A DNA stretch of 61,356 bases, from the NCBI GenBank assembly GCA_944389655.1, contig CALXND010000002.1:1-61356 (forward strand), in the 5' to 3' direction. The position numbers and the translations under genes are program-made. The notes under the pieces were generated by a model that was not told the origin of the DNA, made no database searches, and worked only from the letters and a program-made list of their open reading frames with translations. Shown here piece by piece: positions 39,820 to 50,124 of this stretch (position 1 is the stretch's first letter; each line of letters opens with the position of its first letter). This stretch comes from an uncultured Clostridia bacterium. GTDB lineage: Bacteria; Bacillota; Clostridia; TANB77; CAG-508.

Positions 39820-42800
39820 CTATTCCGTTTTATTGTCATTCTCACCATTGTCTTTTCCTTTTAGTACTTTTCTTCTTATTAATACGATTCCTCCTATTAA
39901 TAATACTGCTATAACTGCTCCAATTATATAGTAAATACGAACTTCACCAAATGGTGGTAATATAATTATTCTTTCTGCTGCACTACTATCAACTTCTGAT
40001 GCATTGCTTTCTGTTGGATCTTGGTTACCAACTACGGAGTATGCCATTCTTCTACCAACAGTATTTGATGTTTTAACAATTTCTACCATGTTACTATATG
40101 TTAAATCGTCTTCTGTATTTTCTGGTGTAATTAATTGTGATAGTATAAGTGTCGCTGTTTTTTCATCATTTGGAGCTAAATCTCCACTTAAATTTCCTGT
40201 CTGAATTATATTATTAAACTTTTCTAAATCTGCTGATAATTTTTCATTTACTAGTCCGTCACTTGTTATTGTTCCTTTATCTATTACAGACCATCCTCCA
40301 TTTGCTTCGTTATTACTATCAAATTGTAAGTTATTTACAACATAGTCTATAACTTGGTTTGCATTTGTTGTACTTATAGTTGCATTGTCTGCAACTCCTT
40401 TATAATAGTAGTCCTTTTCAGCTCCATCCACATAATCTACTTCTCCAACGTTTTTAACTTTTAGACCATATGTTACTTGAATTGTTGCACCATGCATTAG
40501 CTCTTGATCCATTGTAAGTTGTATTAATCCTTTTTCTGTACCTTTTACAATTTCATCAATTTTGTCTCTAAATGAATACCTGTGTTTGCCTTCTTCTCCA
40601 TAATATGTTTCGTACATACCATCTTTCATTTCTTCTCCAATATTGTATTCTTTATGATCTTGCCATAATGCATTGTTAGCGGCTTTGTTTATATCAAATA
40701 ATATTGTATTATTAGCAAGTGTAACTTTAACATTTGTTACAGATTTATCTATTTCAAGTTGTGCTTTTGGTCTTTCTGTTAATCCTAAGTCTATGTCATT
40801 TAATTCATAATTACTGTTATATCTGTTGCTTTCATCTACATAGTCTTTACTTGAGTTATCCTTATTGTTTTCTGTTTCTTTTAATCCGTCTGCTTGTTGT
40901 CTATCATATTCAAATTCTACAACTATAATACCTGTTTCTGCTGTCATTGCAGTATTTTGCATCAATTCTTGGTATAGAGCATCCATTTCGCTTTCGCTAT
41001 ATTCTGCTCCTTTATATGTAGGTTTTACATATGGAGATGCCAAAACTTCTGCTACATGGTTTGTCACATTATCTTTACTGTAATTAATTACTTTTTCTCT
41101 TTGACTCCAAATATCTTTTGCATCTGAATAATTTGTTTCATCACTATCTAATTTATAGATGTCATATCCATATGTATCATCCTTTGGCTCTCCCTTGTCT
41201 GGATTATATTTTCCACTTTCATTTTGTTTTTCAGTATTAATATATCCTTGATATCTTTCAGATATATCAGTAGTTCCTTCTTGGTCTATATCTTTTTGAT
41301 ATGTTGTAGACTTAAAGTCTTGACCATTGTATGATACATCGTTTGAGCCTCCGTCTTCTTTTGTAAGTGCTGTTGAAACTGAATCACCGTATTTAAATCT
41401 AATTACATAGTCTCCTGGTATATAGTTTTCAAAACTATATTTACCATCTTCCCCTGTTGTCGTTGTTTGCCATTCGTATTCTGAACCGTCTGTACATTTT
41501 TCTATTAATTGTACTGTAACTCCAGCAATTCCAATCTCATCTTCATCTCTAATGCCATCTCCTATTTTTGCTTCTCCCGCTTCTTCTGTTCTTTCATCTT
41601 CCCACACAGTTCCATTTGCTTTTCTTACTGCTTCTTCATCGACTAGCACTCTTAAACTTGGTGCTCTATCTGTATCATCTTCAAAGTTCTTTTCGTATTT
41701 TTCTCCTTGTAGGTCTTCTGCAACTAAGTTACCTGGATTTGAGTCTCTATCTAATAGACCAGCTATATTTTTAGAATTTTTTGTAACTCCATTTGGTAAT
41801 TCTGTTCCGTCTCTATAGTATGTAGAGTAACCATTTATTTCTGCAATATTTTCTTTTGGGCTACTTTCGTCATCTAGTATTATCCTTCCAGATTCATCTT
41901 TCTTAACTTCAAATGTTAAATATATGTATGCACTTTCACCTGTTGCAAGTTTTTTATCTTCTAAGCCTTTAACATATAATCTTTGATATTGCTCACCTAA
42001 GTCTTTTTCATTTCCATAACGGCTCTTGTCAACTTCCACTTTTGCATCTTTAGAATTTTCTATAAAGTCTGTTGCACTTGTGCTTTCATTGTCTATTATA
42101 TCTTGAGATTGTTCCATCATTTCGTAGAATTTGTCCTTATCTATGGTAGTTCGTTTATTTTCGTCTGTCTTATATATTACCCAAGATAAATTTGGTTTAT
42201 ATGTGTAGTCCCTATCATAATAATCTACTACTTCTTTTATTTGTCCAATTATACTCATAGATTGGTTTCTAACCGTTATTTTATATGTAATGTACATTTC
42301 TAGTGGTTCTCCTGGATGTCCTTCACCAATTCCACCTGTTGTATTATACTCGTAATCTGTTTGATATACCTCTCGATTGTATCCTGAGTTATAATATGCA
42401 TCATAATCTGACATCCTTACATTGATATCCCAATATGTATTATTGTCTTTACCATTAGCATTATTTGCTCCTTCGTCTTCTACTGCTCTTTTATCATAAT
42501 TGTACACTACTGTCTTTCCGTTTATCTTCATTGTTGCTTTATATACATCTTTTCTAAGTGCTGCATCAAATTCTTGTCTTCTCCATAAACCTAGATTTAC
42601 ATAGTATTCTCCATAGTATAATGCTGTATACTCTGTTCCATCTATTATTTCTTCTCTTACATCAAAGTAGCCTTCAATTGATGAATTTGGATCGAAATCT
42701 AGAGATTCTCCATTTTCTACTTTATTTATCTTGAATTGATCAAATAATGGATATAAGTCTATTTTTTGTGATTTTGGTGAACCAGAATATGCTTGTATAT

Positions 42801-45045
42801 AACAATCTTCTATAAACTGTAGTTTTCTTTGAAGTTCCTTATTACTTCCTGCAATACTAGAATAAATTTGTTTCATAGCATTGTCATCAGGGAATTTTTT
42901 ATTTGACTGTATATATGCCCTAACTTTATTTGAGATTGCCCCTTCTGCAAATTCCGTTGTCTCTAATCCGTTCTCATCAAATTTGTAACCATCTATTAAT
43001 TGAGTTTCTGTTTGATGATATTTACCATTATCATCCAATCTGTATCCCATAAGTTCTAATTGAGTATATGCTGCATTACGTCCATTTGATGCCCAGCCTA
43101 AATTATTCGATGATGGATAATTTTCAGGATATGATGCAATTTCTTGATACCTTCTATCATAATCATTTCTTGATATTTCTACACCTGCAACTTTGCTTGA
43201 TGTAGATTCTGTTCCTTTAGAGGTAACCTTCCATTCTGTCGTATTAAATAATCCCGCATTATACATTTCTTCTGCTGAACCATATTGGCCTTTTGAAGTA
43301 TTTAAATATTCCGTTGGTAAATATCTTTGTCCATTATACTCAAATACTACATAATATTTTTTCATTGAGTTTAGTCCTTGGAATAAATATCTACCGTCTT
43401 CATCAGTATATGTAGAATTTATTCTATGCATTATATCGCCTTCGCTTGTATCTACAGCAAGCTTTGCAGGTTTATTTGTTTCTGCATCATATAATGTTAC
43501 TTTCACATTCTTTAATCTTATATCTGTATCCTGACCAGTTGTATTTATAACACCATCTGCTTTTGACTCTTTAGATACTACCTTATCTTCCCATACATAG
43601 CCACCTAATTCCATAATTATCTCTGCATGCTGACGGTTTCCTCCATCGTCATCATCGTCATCATCGCCATCGTCGTCATCTCCATCACCAGGTGGTTCTT
43701 TTCCTGGTTCATATCCTAGTACAATGAACTGTTCATAAATAGATCTTATTGCATCCATCGCTGCTACATATTGTTGTGGAGTTTCTTGTAAATATGCTGT
43801 AGCTGTACAACTATAATATGATCTTGTTGTATAAATTGGGTTTCCTTCTTCATCTACACCTGTTTGCACTTGTTCTGTTCTTTGAGTATGACTATGTTGA
43901 TATCTTACTTCATATAATGTACCCTTTAGTTTTGTATATTGACCATTAGCCACCATATATTGGAATTTTACTTTTACTGTTGTGCTAGTAACATAATTTG
44001 GGTCATCTTCTTCTAGTCCTTGGTTTGGATCACTAAAGACTACAAAGAATTGTTGATTTGGTTTAGGATACTTTTGTTCAGAACGGTCTACTTTTGAATC
44101 CTTTTCAGGTTCAAAATATTCTGGTTTTTCAGCTTTTCCATATTTTCCTGTTGTTTCATCTTGCAATATAATTTTCTCTACTTTTATGTTATTTTTAACT
44201 AGTTTACCATTTTTATTAAATCCATACACTAGCATTTCAGATATTCCTGAAAAAGCAACATCTCCATAAATACCATTCACATAATTCACTTTATATGGAC
44301 CCACAGTATATTGTTTTTTATCTCTGTCAACAAGTACATGTACTACTTCAGGATCTTTATTTACATCTCCAGTATGTTTTGAATTATCTTCTATTTGTAG
44401 TCCTTTACCATTTACTTTACTATCATAATCTGCATAATCTGCTGCTTCTTTATCAAAACTAGATGCTCCATCACTGCCAGTATTCATCATTAATCCTTCA
44501 TCTAATCCAGATGCTGCAGTATTCCATATTCCAAGTTGCTTGTCTAATGTGTACGAACCTATTGTAGCTCCTGAAACAATGTATGCAATTGCTGGTGATA
44601 ACTTACTTGTTCCTACCTCTGAGTATACTGGCCATGTTTTAGCTCCGTCTGCAGGTGTACTAGCACATCCATATGATGAGTAGTTACTTTGTCCTACCAT
44701 TGCTAGTGCTTCTTCATAACTTATTGAACCTTCATAGCGGATTTGACCTCCCATTTCAATACAGTAAATTTGATAACTTCCATATATAGGTATTGCGTGA
44801 GGTGGTGTTTGATACTGTGTTGCTTCAAATGTTCCTGTATGAGTATAATAAGGATATGATTCTGGATCTTTCTCTCCTTTTAGTAATGTTCCTATATACC
44901 CTGAGTTTCTAGAATTATTTACTACGGTTCTAGCTTCATTGTTTTTAGTTTCTTCCGCTTTTGAACTAGTAACAAGTAATGTTCCCAGAGTTATCAGTAT
45001 AGCTATAAACATTGTTGCTACTGCACCAATTATTTTTTTACTCAT
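39820..45045 (-). CDS. Giant surface protein 2 (1741 aa): signal peptide, thioester-domain-like N-region, poly-Asp linker, SdrD/Cna-B-type and DUF11-like repeats, C-terminal hydrophobic anchor
   Basis: MSKKIIGAVATMFIAILITLGTLLVTSSKA signal. YQIYCIEMGG and DKQLGIWN motifs. GGYVWEDK... and GTVWEDERTEE...DGKYSFENYIPGDYVIRF B-repeat folds. DRDSNPGN...EDDTDRAP motif. The tail is LPPFG + TM + RRK. Confidence 0.85.
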   Translation of the reverse strand: MSKKIIGAVATMFIAILITLGTLLVTSSKAEETKNNEARTVVNNSRNSGYIGTLLKGEKDPESYPYYTHTGTFEATQYQTPPHAIPIYGSYQIYCIEMGGQIRYEGSISYEEALAMVGQSNYSSYGCASTPADGAKTWPVYSEVGTSKLSPAIAYIVSGATIGSYTLDKQLGIWNTAASGLDEGLMMNTGSDGASSFDKEAADYADYDSKVNGKGLQIEDNSKHTGDVNKDPEVVHVLVDRDKKQYTVGPYKVNYVNGIYGDVAFSGISEMLVYGFNKNGKLVKNNIKVEKIILQDETTGKYGKAEKPEYFEPEKDSKVDRSEQKYPKPNQQFFVVFSDPNQGLEEDDPNYVTSTTVKVKFQYMVANGQYTKLKGTLYEVRYQHSHTQRTEQVQTGVDEEGNPIYTTRSYYSCTATAYLQETPQQYVAAMDAIRSIYEQFIVLGYEPGKEPPGDGDDDDGDDDDDDDGGNRQHAEIIMELGGYVWEDKVVSKESKADGVINTTGQDTDIRLKNVKVTLYDAETNKPAKLAVDTSEGDIMHRINSTYTDEDGRYLFQGLNSMKKYYVVFEYNGQRYLPTEYLNTSKGQYGSAEEMYNAGLFNTTEWKVTSKGTESTSSKVAGVEISRNDYDRRYQEIASYPENYPSSNNLGWASNGRNAAYTQLELMGYRLDDNGKYHQTETQLIDGYKFDENGLETTEFAEGAISNKVRAYIQSNKKFPDDNAMKQIYSSIAGSNKELQRKLQFIEDCYIQAYSGSPKSQKIDLYPLFDQFKINKVENGESLDFDPNSSIEGYFDVREEIIDGTEYTALYYGEYYVNLGLWRRQEFDAALRKDVYKATMKINGKTVVYNYDKRAVEDEGANNANGKDNNTYWDINVRMSDYDAYYNSGYNREVYQTDYEYNTTGGIGEGHPGEPLEMYITYKITVRNQSMSIIGQIKEVVDYYDRDYTYKPNLSWVIYKTDENKRTTIDKDKFYEMMEQSQDIIDNESTSATDFIENSKDAKVEVDKSRYGNEKDLGEQYQRLYVKGLEDKKLATGESAYIYLTFEVKKDESGRIILDDESSPKENIAEINGYSTYYRDGTELPNGVTKNSKNIAGLLDRDSNPGNLVAEDLQGEKYEKNFEDDTDRAPSLRVLVDEEAVRKANGTVWEDERTEEAGEAKIGDGIRDEDEIGIAGVTVQLIEKCTDGSEYEWQTTTTGEDGKYSFENYIPGDYVIRFKYGDSVSTALTKEDGGSNDVSYNGQDFKSTTYQKDIDQEGTTDISERYQGYINTEKQNESGKYNPDKGEPKDDTYGYDIYKLDSDETNYSDAKDIWSQREKVINYSKDNVTNHVAEVLASPYVKPTYKGAEYSESEMDALYQELMQNTAMTAETGIIVVEFEYDRQQADGLKETENNKDNSSKDYVDESNRYNSNYELNDIDLGLTERPKAQLEIDKSVTNVKVTLANNTILFDINKAANNALWQDHKEYNIGEEMKDGMYETYYGEEGKHRYSFRDKIDEIVKGTEKGLIQLTMDQELMHGATIQVTYGLKVKNVGEVDYVDGAEKDYYYKGVADNATISTTNANQVIDYVVNNLQFDSNNEANGGWSVIDKGTITSDGLVNEKLSADLEKFNNIIQTGNLSGDLAPNDEKTATLILSQLITPENTEDDLTYSNMVEIVKTSNTVGRRMAYSVVGNQDPTESNASEVDSSAAERIIILPPFGEVRIYYIIGAVIAVLLIGGIVLIRRKVLKGKDNGENDNKTE

Positions 45046-45066
45046 TTTTTTCCTCCTTTCTTTTAC

Positions 45067-48000
45067 CTATATTTTTTTATTTAAAACATGTTTTTTTATT
45101 TCATATATACCCAAACTTAATAATGTTATAACTACAAGTATTATTGCAGTATACGTTACTATCTTACCAGTTACTAATGATAATACCAACTCTGCTTTTC
45201 CTATATCATCTTCTGTCTCTTCTCTGTTTGCTGGTGTTGAATCTACATCTGATAGTCCTTGTTCATTATAAGCTTCGTATATTTCTGAATAATTTTCTAG
45301 TGTTCCTAAGTTATTTTCGTTTATTTGTACACTAACTATTAGTGTTACTTCTTTTGATTCTCCAGGATTAATTTTTTCATTTGCTAAACTAGAATTATAT
45401 ATATTACCATTATCTGATAAATACCAATCTGTATTTAATTCTGTATTAAATTCTACATTATGTGGTAAATAATCTACTATCTTATTTACGTATCCTGGTA
45501 CAGAACCTTCATTAGTAACAACTATTTTATATTCCACTACTGCACTACTTTTTCCTAGATTTTGTCCTAAGACTTCCTCTTTTACTAATGAACTATTATT
45601 AAAGTTATCTACTCTTGTTCCAATTGTAGGTGTCATTAGAGATACTTTACTAATATATTTGTCTAATCTTAAATCAAACTTATTTGCAGTATATAACCCT
45701 ATATCTACGTCTCTTGCATTATCATTATTTATTGTTATAACATCTGTTATACCTGCGATTTTTCTTTCACCATTTAATGTTAAATTTATATCTATGGCAT
45801 CAGAATTAAATCCTTCATCTACCCCGTTTTTTTGGTATTCTGTTAAACTATAATTTGATGAATCATACAAGAAAACCACTAAATATTCACCATTTGGTAG
45901 ATTGTTAAATTCGTATGTTCCATTATCTGAAGTCGTAGTAATTTTTTCTTCATTTGTGTCAGGATCTTTTACTATTGTATTTCCATCTTTGTTTAATAGT
46001 AGTATTTGAATATTTGAAAGTCTAGTTTCGTCTGAATCCTTTTTACCATTTAAGTTTTCATCTAACCATGCAGTACCTGTGATCTTATGTCTTCTATTTG
46101 TATTTACTCCTCCATTATTATCTGTGTGAGCTTCTTCATAATATTCTATAATATTACTTACCATATTGGTTTCAACAGTTGCAAAGCTTTGCGCACTAAT
46201 ACTTATTTTATTTTGTACTTCTTTATCTTCTTCGTCAGGAAGTAATCCTGCTTTTGCAACTATACTGATATCTACACTTTCACCTGGTTGTAATACATTA
46301 ATGTTAATTTGTACTTTTCCATCTGTTAGAATTGTATCTTTTCTTTCTTCTCCATTATAACTGTATATAGAATATTCATAATTTAAATCAGATGGTAGCT
46401 CATCAACTATTAGTAAGTTTCTTACCATAGTTTTACCGGTATTTTTTATAGTAAATCTATATGTAACATTCTGTGATTCTTTTACATATCTAGGTGTTGA
46501 TGTCAATTCCGAAACTTCAAGCTCTACTTTGCCAGATTTATGTTCAAAAACATTTGAATAATGTTCTGTTATACCATCTGCCTTTACCACTGGCATTATA
46601 GAAAAGTCTCCATTTAGGCCATCAACTTTAACTGTCAATTCTATAAATTTAATTATATCCAATGTTCCCACATTTATGGTAACAGTATTACTGTTTTCAT
46701 CATAAGATACTCCTTCTGATGTTTCTTCTGTTGCGCTTACTGTGTTTCTTATAACTGCTTTTTCAAATTTTATTCCATCTGGTAATTTAATGTTTACAAC
46801 TGTATTATTTAGTGCTCCAGATGTTCCTATATTAGTTAAATTTATACCGTATCTGATTGTATCTCCATCTTTTAATACAACATCTTCTCCAATATATGAA
46901 AACGTATTAATTCCAATGCTTCCATCTTGTACTTCGAATTTTAATTCATTTGATTGTATCTCGCCAGATATTCCTTCAACAGTTGCACTAACTTTATTTA
47001 TAATTTCTTTTGGAAATTTCATTTTTTCATTCATAATGTCGTAAAACTCTTCTTCTGACATTTCATCTTTTAGGCTTGAATCAACTCTTGTTGTATCATC
47101 ATCTATTTTTATATAATAACTTGCCTGTACTGTTTCTCCAGCCTTTACTGTTCCTATATCTATCGTATAAGTATCATTACTTAATTCAAAAAATCCATTT
47201 CCTAGTCCATAATCTAAAAATGTAACATACTCTGGAGCTTTCGCATTTACTTTTACTTTTTCTGCATCTATATCACCAGTATTTTTTACTGCAACTTTCA
47301 TTTTTATGTACTGTCCTTCTTTTACAGTATCTACTGAGCTAGAAAGATTAACTTCTAATTCTGGTCCCTCTCCTGTTGATAATCCCATAACTGCTGAAAC
47401 CTTATTTTCAGACATAGTTCCAATATTTGCATTATTATCATAATATATTTTATACATTGCATAAGCATCATTATTAGCAGATAAACTTTCTGGTATTTCT
47501 ATATTATAATTAAATTCAACTTTACTACCTGATTTTAATTTATAATCATCATTAAAATCTATTAGGTATGATTTTGAGTTTGTCGTAGCTGTTTCTGACC
47601 AATTATTACTCTTATCTTTTAAATTACTCGTAGCATTTTGGTTATCTGAATAATATATTTTATATTCACTTTTATTAACCCCCGACGTTGAAATTGCCGT
47701 AGCCAATGGTGTTGTAAACGTAGAGCCCATATCGCTGTCTGTATCTATTTTTTTGTTGCCTTGAGAAGGAATTCTTCCAAGTATTTTGACATTACTTATA
47801 TCGTTTGAGTAGTTGTTTATTATAGTTCCTTCCATTTTAGCTTGTCTTTCCTGTGCATAAGTATCTATTTCAGCTGTTTGAGCTTCATTAGATATTGATA
47901 ATATGTCTGGTGCTTCATCTTTATAATTGCTTACTCCGCTTGCTGCAACAACTCCAGTAGGAGCAACAAATTTTATTTTTTGTTCCAAAGTTCCTTCTGT

Positions 48001-50067
48001 TTTTTGTGCTGTTTCACTTTTATTCGTATACTCTAATATTACTGTATCCGTTCCACTTGCTGTTAAAGTTTTTACAGTTAGATTAGTATTTATTACAACT
48101 ATTGTACCTTTATACTCTGCATTTATTGTGTACTCTGTTTGTGTTCCATTAAGAACTACATTTATAACTTTATGCCCATTTTCTTCAGTTATTTTTGTTT
48201 CTTTTATTTTTAATCCATTATTTAATAATATGTTAGCACTTTTTACTTCTACACCTTCTATTGATGATGGTAATATAAATTTTAGTATTGGATCCTTAAA
48301 TAGTGAGTTATATTCGCTTGAAGTATCTAAAACTGCTCTAAATTCTACATTCTCATTTTTTACAACTGTAGTTAAATCTTTTTTACTAATTGCTAATTCA
48401 ACTTTCGTTTCTGGTTCTTTTAAATTAATATCTTCATTTATTCTTGATTCTGAGACATTTGTCCTAGCATTAGCATATACTTCTATACTTTTAAAATTTT
48501 GCATTTGTTTTTTAGAGTAAGCTATATCTCCCTTTATCGCTTTGAATATATTTATTTCGATTTTTCCTTCTGCTATAGGTTTTGTAGTCTTTAATTGTAA
48601 ATTATTGCTATTTTTATCACTTAGATCTAGTATATAATTTTCGTTTTCTACTAATGTATCTTTATTTATTATTCCTATTTCCGTATTATTATCTTTTACT
48701 ATAATAGAACCATTCTCTCCTAAGATTTTATTAAATACTGCTTTACTTATCTCAATTCTTTTGTTATATGCTAAATTATTATTATTTAGAGTAGTCAAGC
48801 CTTCTTTTTTGTCTTCTGTAGTAAATTTATCAATTCCTTGTTCAAACTCTATTTCTTCAATTAAATTTACATTATATATCGTTGCTAAATACTTTACGCT
48901 ATATTCAGTTTCTGTTTTATTTTTTGCATCATAATTTGCATATATATTACCTTTACTTATTTCGTTTGTAGCTTGTATACTAAAATCCGAATACTGTCCC
49001 ATATTGTGATTATATTTTATATCCAGTTCTGATAGTTTTTCTATTTGTGTTTCTTCACTATTATATAATGTCAATTTTAAATTCGCTATAGTTGAGGTAT
49101 TCACACCGTTTTTTACTGCATAATCATAAATTTCTTTTCCTTCATATATATAAGTTACCAAATATTCATCTACGGCGTTTTGTTTCCAAGAGATTCTGTC
49201 TTCTAAGTTAGAAGTACTTATATTTATCTTTCCATCCTCAATATCATAAGAATAATTTTCTTTATTAAAGTTTAGACCATCTGCTTCTCCATTTGTTGCT
49301 TCTATTTTATTTGCTACCACTGTAGCTGACGTTGGCTTACTATTATTTATTGAAGGTACAGTAATTTCAATATTTGTATTATGAATTGGTAGCACGTTTT
49401 CTTTTACTTTAGAATTAATTTTAGTTTGCAACATTACCCCATAGTTTCCATTAATGTTATATGGTATATATTTAGTTGTCTCTAAATTTAACTCTGCCTC
49501 TGCTTCACCTTGCCAATAAATAATATTAAATATTTCTTTTTGAACATTCTTATCGTTTCCCTGATTATCTACATATGTTGCTGTAAAGTTTGTTTGTACT
49601 TCTTTGCTAAAGAAATCCATAGAAACCTCTTCGCTTTTTAGAATTTCTATTGGAAGTTCTATAACTGCTTCTGTCCCATTATTTATTTTATTTAATTTTA
49701 TTGTATTATTTTTAGTGTCTACATTTTTTATATATTTACTTTTTATATCATCTTTTAGTTTAAAATTCGTATTCTTGCATTCTACTACCCCATTTTCTAT
49801 AAAGCCTGAGTCTTTAACTTTTATTTCTACATAAATCTTAGCATCATCTTGATTTATATTAAAACTTTTGTTATGGACTTTACCATAAAAATAGGAGTCA
49901 AATTCGACATTCTTATTGTTTGTCTTAGAATTTTGCTTATTTATCTCGTTAGTATCAGCAGTTTCTGTTGCATATACAGCATAATTTGCTCCCAACATAA
50001 CTAAGTTTAATCCCATTAAACAAATAATTAAAAACATTGCAATTACTTTACTTAATACTTTACCCAT
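45067..50067 (-). CDS. Giant surface protein 1 (about 1666 aa): signal peptide, many Ig-like/DUF11-type repeats, one SdrD B-like domain, C-terminal hydrophobic anchor
   Basis: Start moved to the ATG at 50067 (GGAGGG RBS, and a promoter lies inside the longer track ORF). MGKVLSKVIAMFLIICLMGLNLVMLGANYAVYA signal. ITGTAWLDENLNGKKD...DNGTYEFNNLPNGEYLVVF. DVDSTPANREETEDD. The tail is SLVTG + TM + KKHVLNKKI. Confidence 0.85.
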   Translation of the reverse strand: MGKVLSKVIAMFLIICLMGLNLVMLGANYAVYATETADTNEINKQNSKTNNKNVEFDSYFYGKVHNKSFNINQDDAKIYVEIKVKDSGFIENGVVECKNTNFKLKDDIKSKYIKNVDTKNNTIKLNKINNGTEAVIELPIEILKSEEVSMDFFSKEVQTNFTATYVDNQGNDKNVQKEIFNIIYWQGEAEAELNLETTKYIPYNINGNYGVMLQTKINSKVKENVLPIHNTNIEITVPSINNSKPTSATVVANKIEATNGEADGLNFNKENYSYDIEDGKINISTSNLEDRISWKQNAVDEYLVTYIYEGKEIYDYAVKNGVNTSTIANLKLTLYNSEETQIEKLSELDIKYNHNMGQYSDFSIQATNEISKGNIYANYDAKNKTETEYSVKYLATIYNVNLIEEIEFEQGIDKFTTEDKKEGLTTLNNNNLAYNKRIEISKAVFNKILGENGSIIVKDNNTEIGIINKDTLVENENYILDLSDKNSNNLQLKTTKPIAEGKIEINIFKAIKGDIAYSKKQMQNFKSIEVYANARTNVSESRINEDINLKEPETKVELAISKKDLTTVVKNENVEFRAVLDTSSEYNSLFKDPILKFILPSSIEGVEVKSANILLNNGLKIKETKITEENGHKVINVVLNGTQTEYTINAEYKGTIVVINTNLTVKTLTASGTDTVILEYTNKSETAQKTEGTLEQKIKFVAPTGVVAASGVSNYKDEAPDILSISNEAQTAEIDTYAQERQAKMEGTIINNYSNDISNVKILGRIPSQGNKKIDTDSDMGSTFTTPLATAISTSGVNKSEYKIYYSDNQNATSNLKDKSNNWSETATTNSKSYLIDFNDDYKLKSGSKVEFNYNIEIPESLSANNDAYAMYKIYYDNNANIGTMSENKVSAVMGLSTGEGPELEVNLSSSVDTVKEGQYIKMKVAVKNTGDIDAEKVKVNAKAPEYVTFLDYGLGNGFFELSNDTYTIDIGTVKAGETVQASYYIKIDDDTTRVDSSLKDEMSEEEFYDIMNEKMKFPKEIINKVSATVEGISGEIQSNELKFEVQDGSIGINTFSYIGEDVVLKDGDTIRYGINLTNIGTSGALNNTVVNIKLPDGIKFEKAVIRNTVSATEETSEGVSYDENSNTVTINVGTLDIIKFIELTVKVDGLNGDFSIMPVVKADGITEHYSNVFEHKSGKVELEVSELTSTPRYVKESQNVTYRFTIKNTGKTMVRNLLIVDELPSDLNYEYSIYSYNGEERKDTILTDGKVQININVLQPGESVDISIVAKAGLLPDEEDKEVQNKISISAQSFATVETNMVSNIIEYYEEAHTDNNGGVNTNRRHKITGTAWLDENLNGKKDSDETRLSNIQILLLNKDGNTIVKDPDTNEEKITTTSDNGTYEFNNLPNGEYLVVFLYDSSNYSLTEYQKNGVDEGFNSDAIDINLTLNGERKIAGITDVITINNDNARDVDIGLYTANKFDLRLDKYISKVSLMTPTIGTRVDNFNNSSLVKEEVLGQNLGKSSAVVEYKIVVTNEGSVPGYVNKIVDYLPHNVEFNTELNTDWYLSDNGNIYNSSLANEKINPGESKEVTLIVSVQINENNLGTLENYSEIYEAYNEQGLSDVDSTPANREETEDDIGKAELVLSLVTGKIVTYTAIILVVITLLSLGIYEIKKHVLNKKI

Positions 50068-50095
50068 AGTACCCTCCATTTTTAATAATATATAT

Positions 50096-50124
50096 ATTAT
50101 ACGACATTTTTGTTGTTTTTTCAA
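50096..50124 (-). promoter_or_regulatory. Sigma-A-type promoter (TTGAAA-N17-TATAAT) of the giant surface-protein operon
   Basis: Minus-strand TTGAAA (50124-50119), 17 nt, TATAAT (50101-50096). About 25-30 nt upstream of the RBS/ATG at 50067. Confidence 0.55.
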
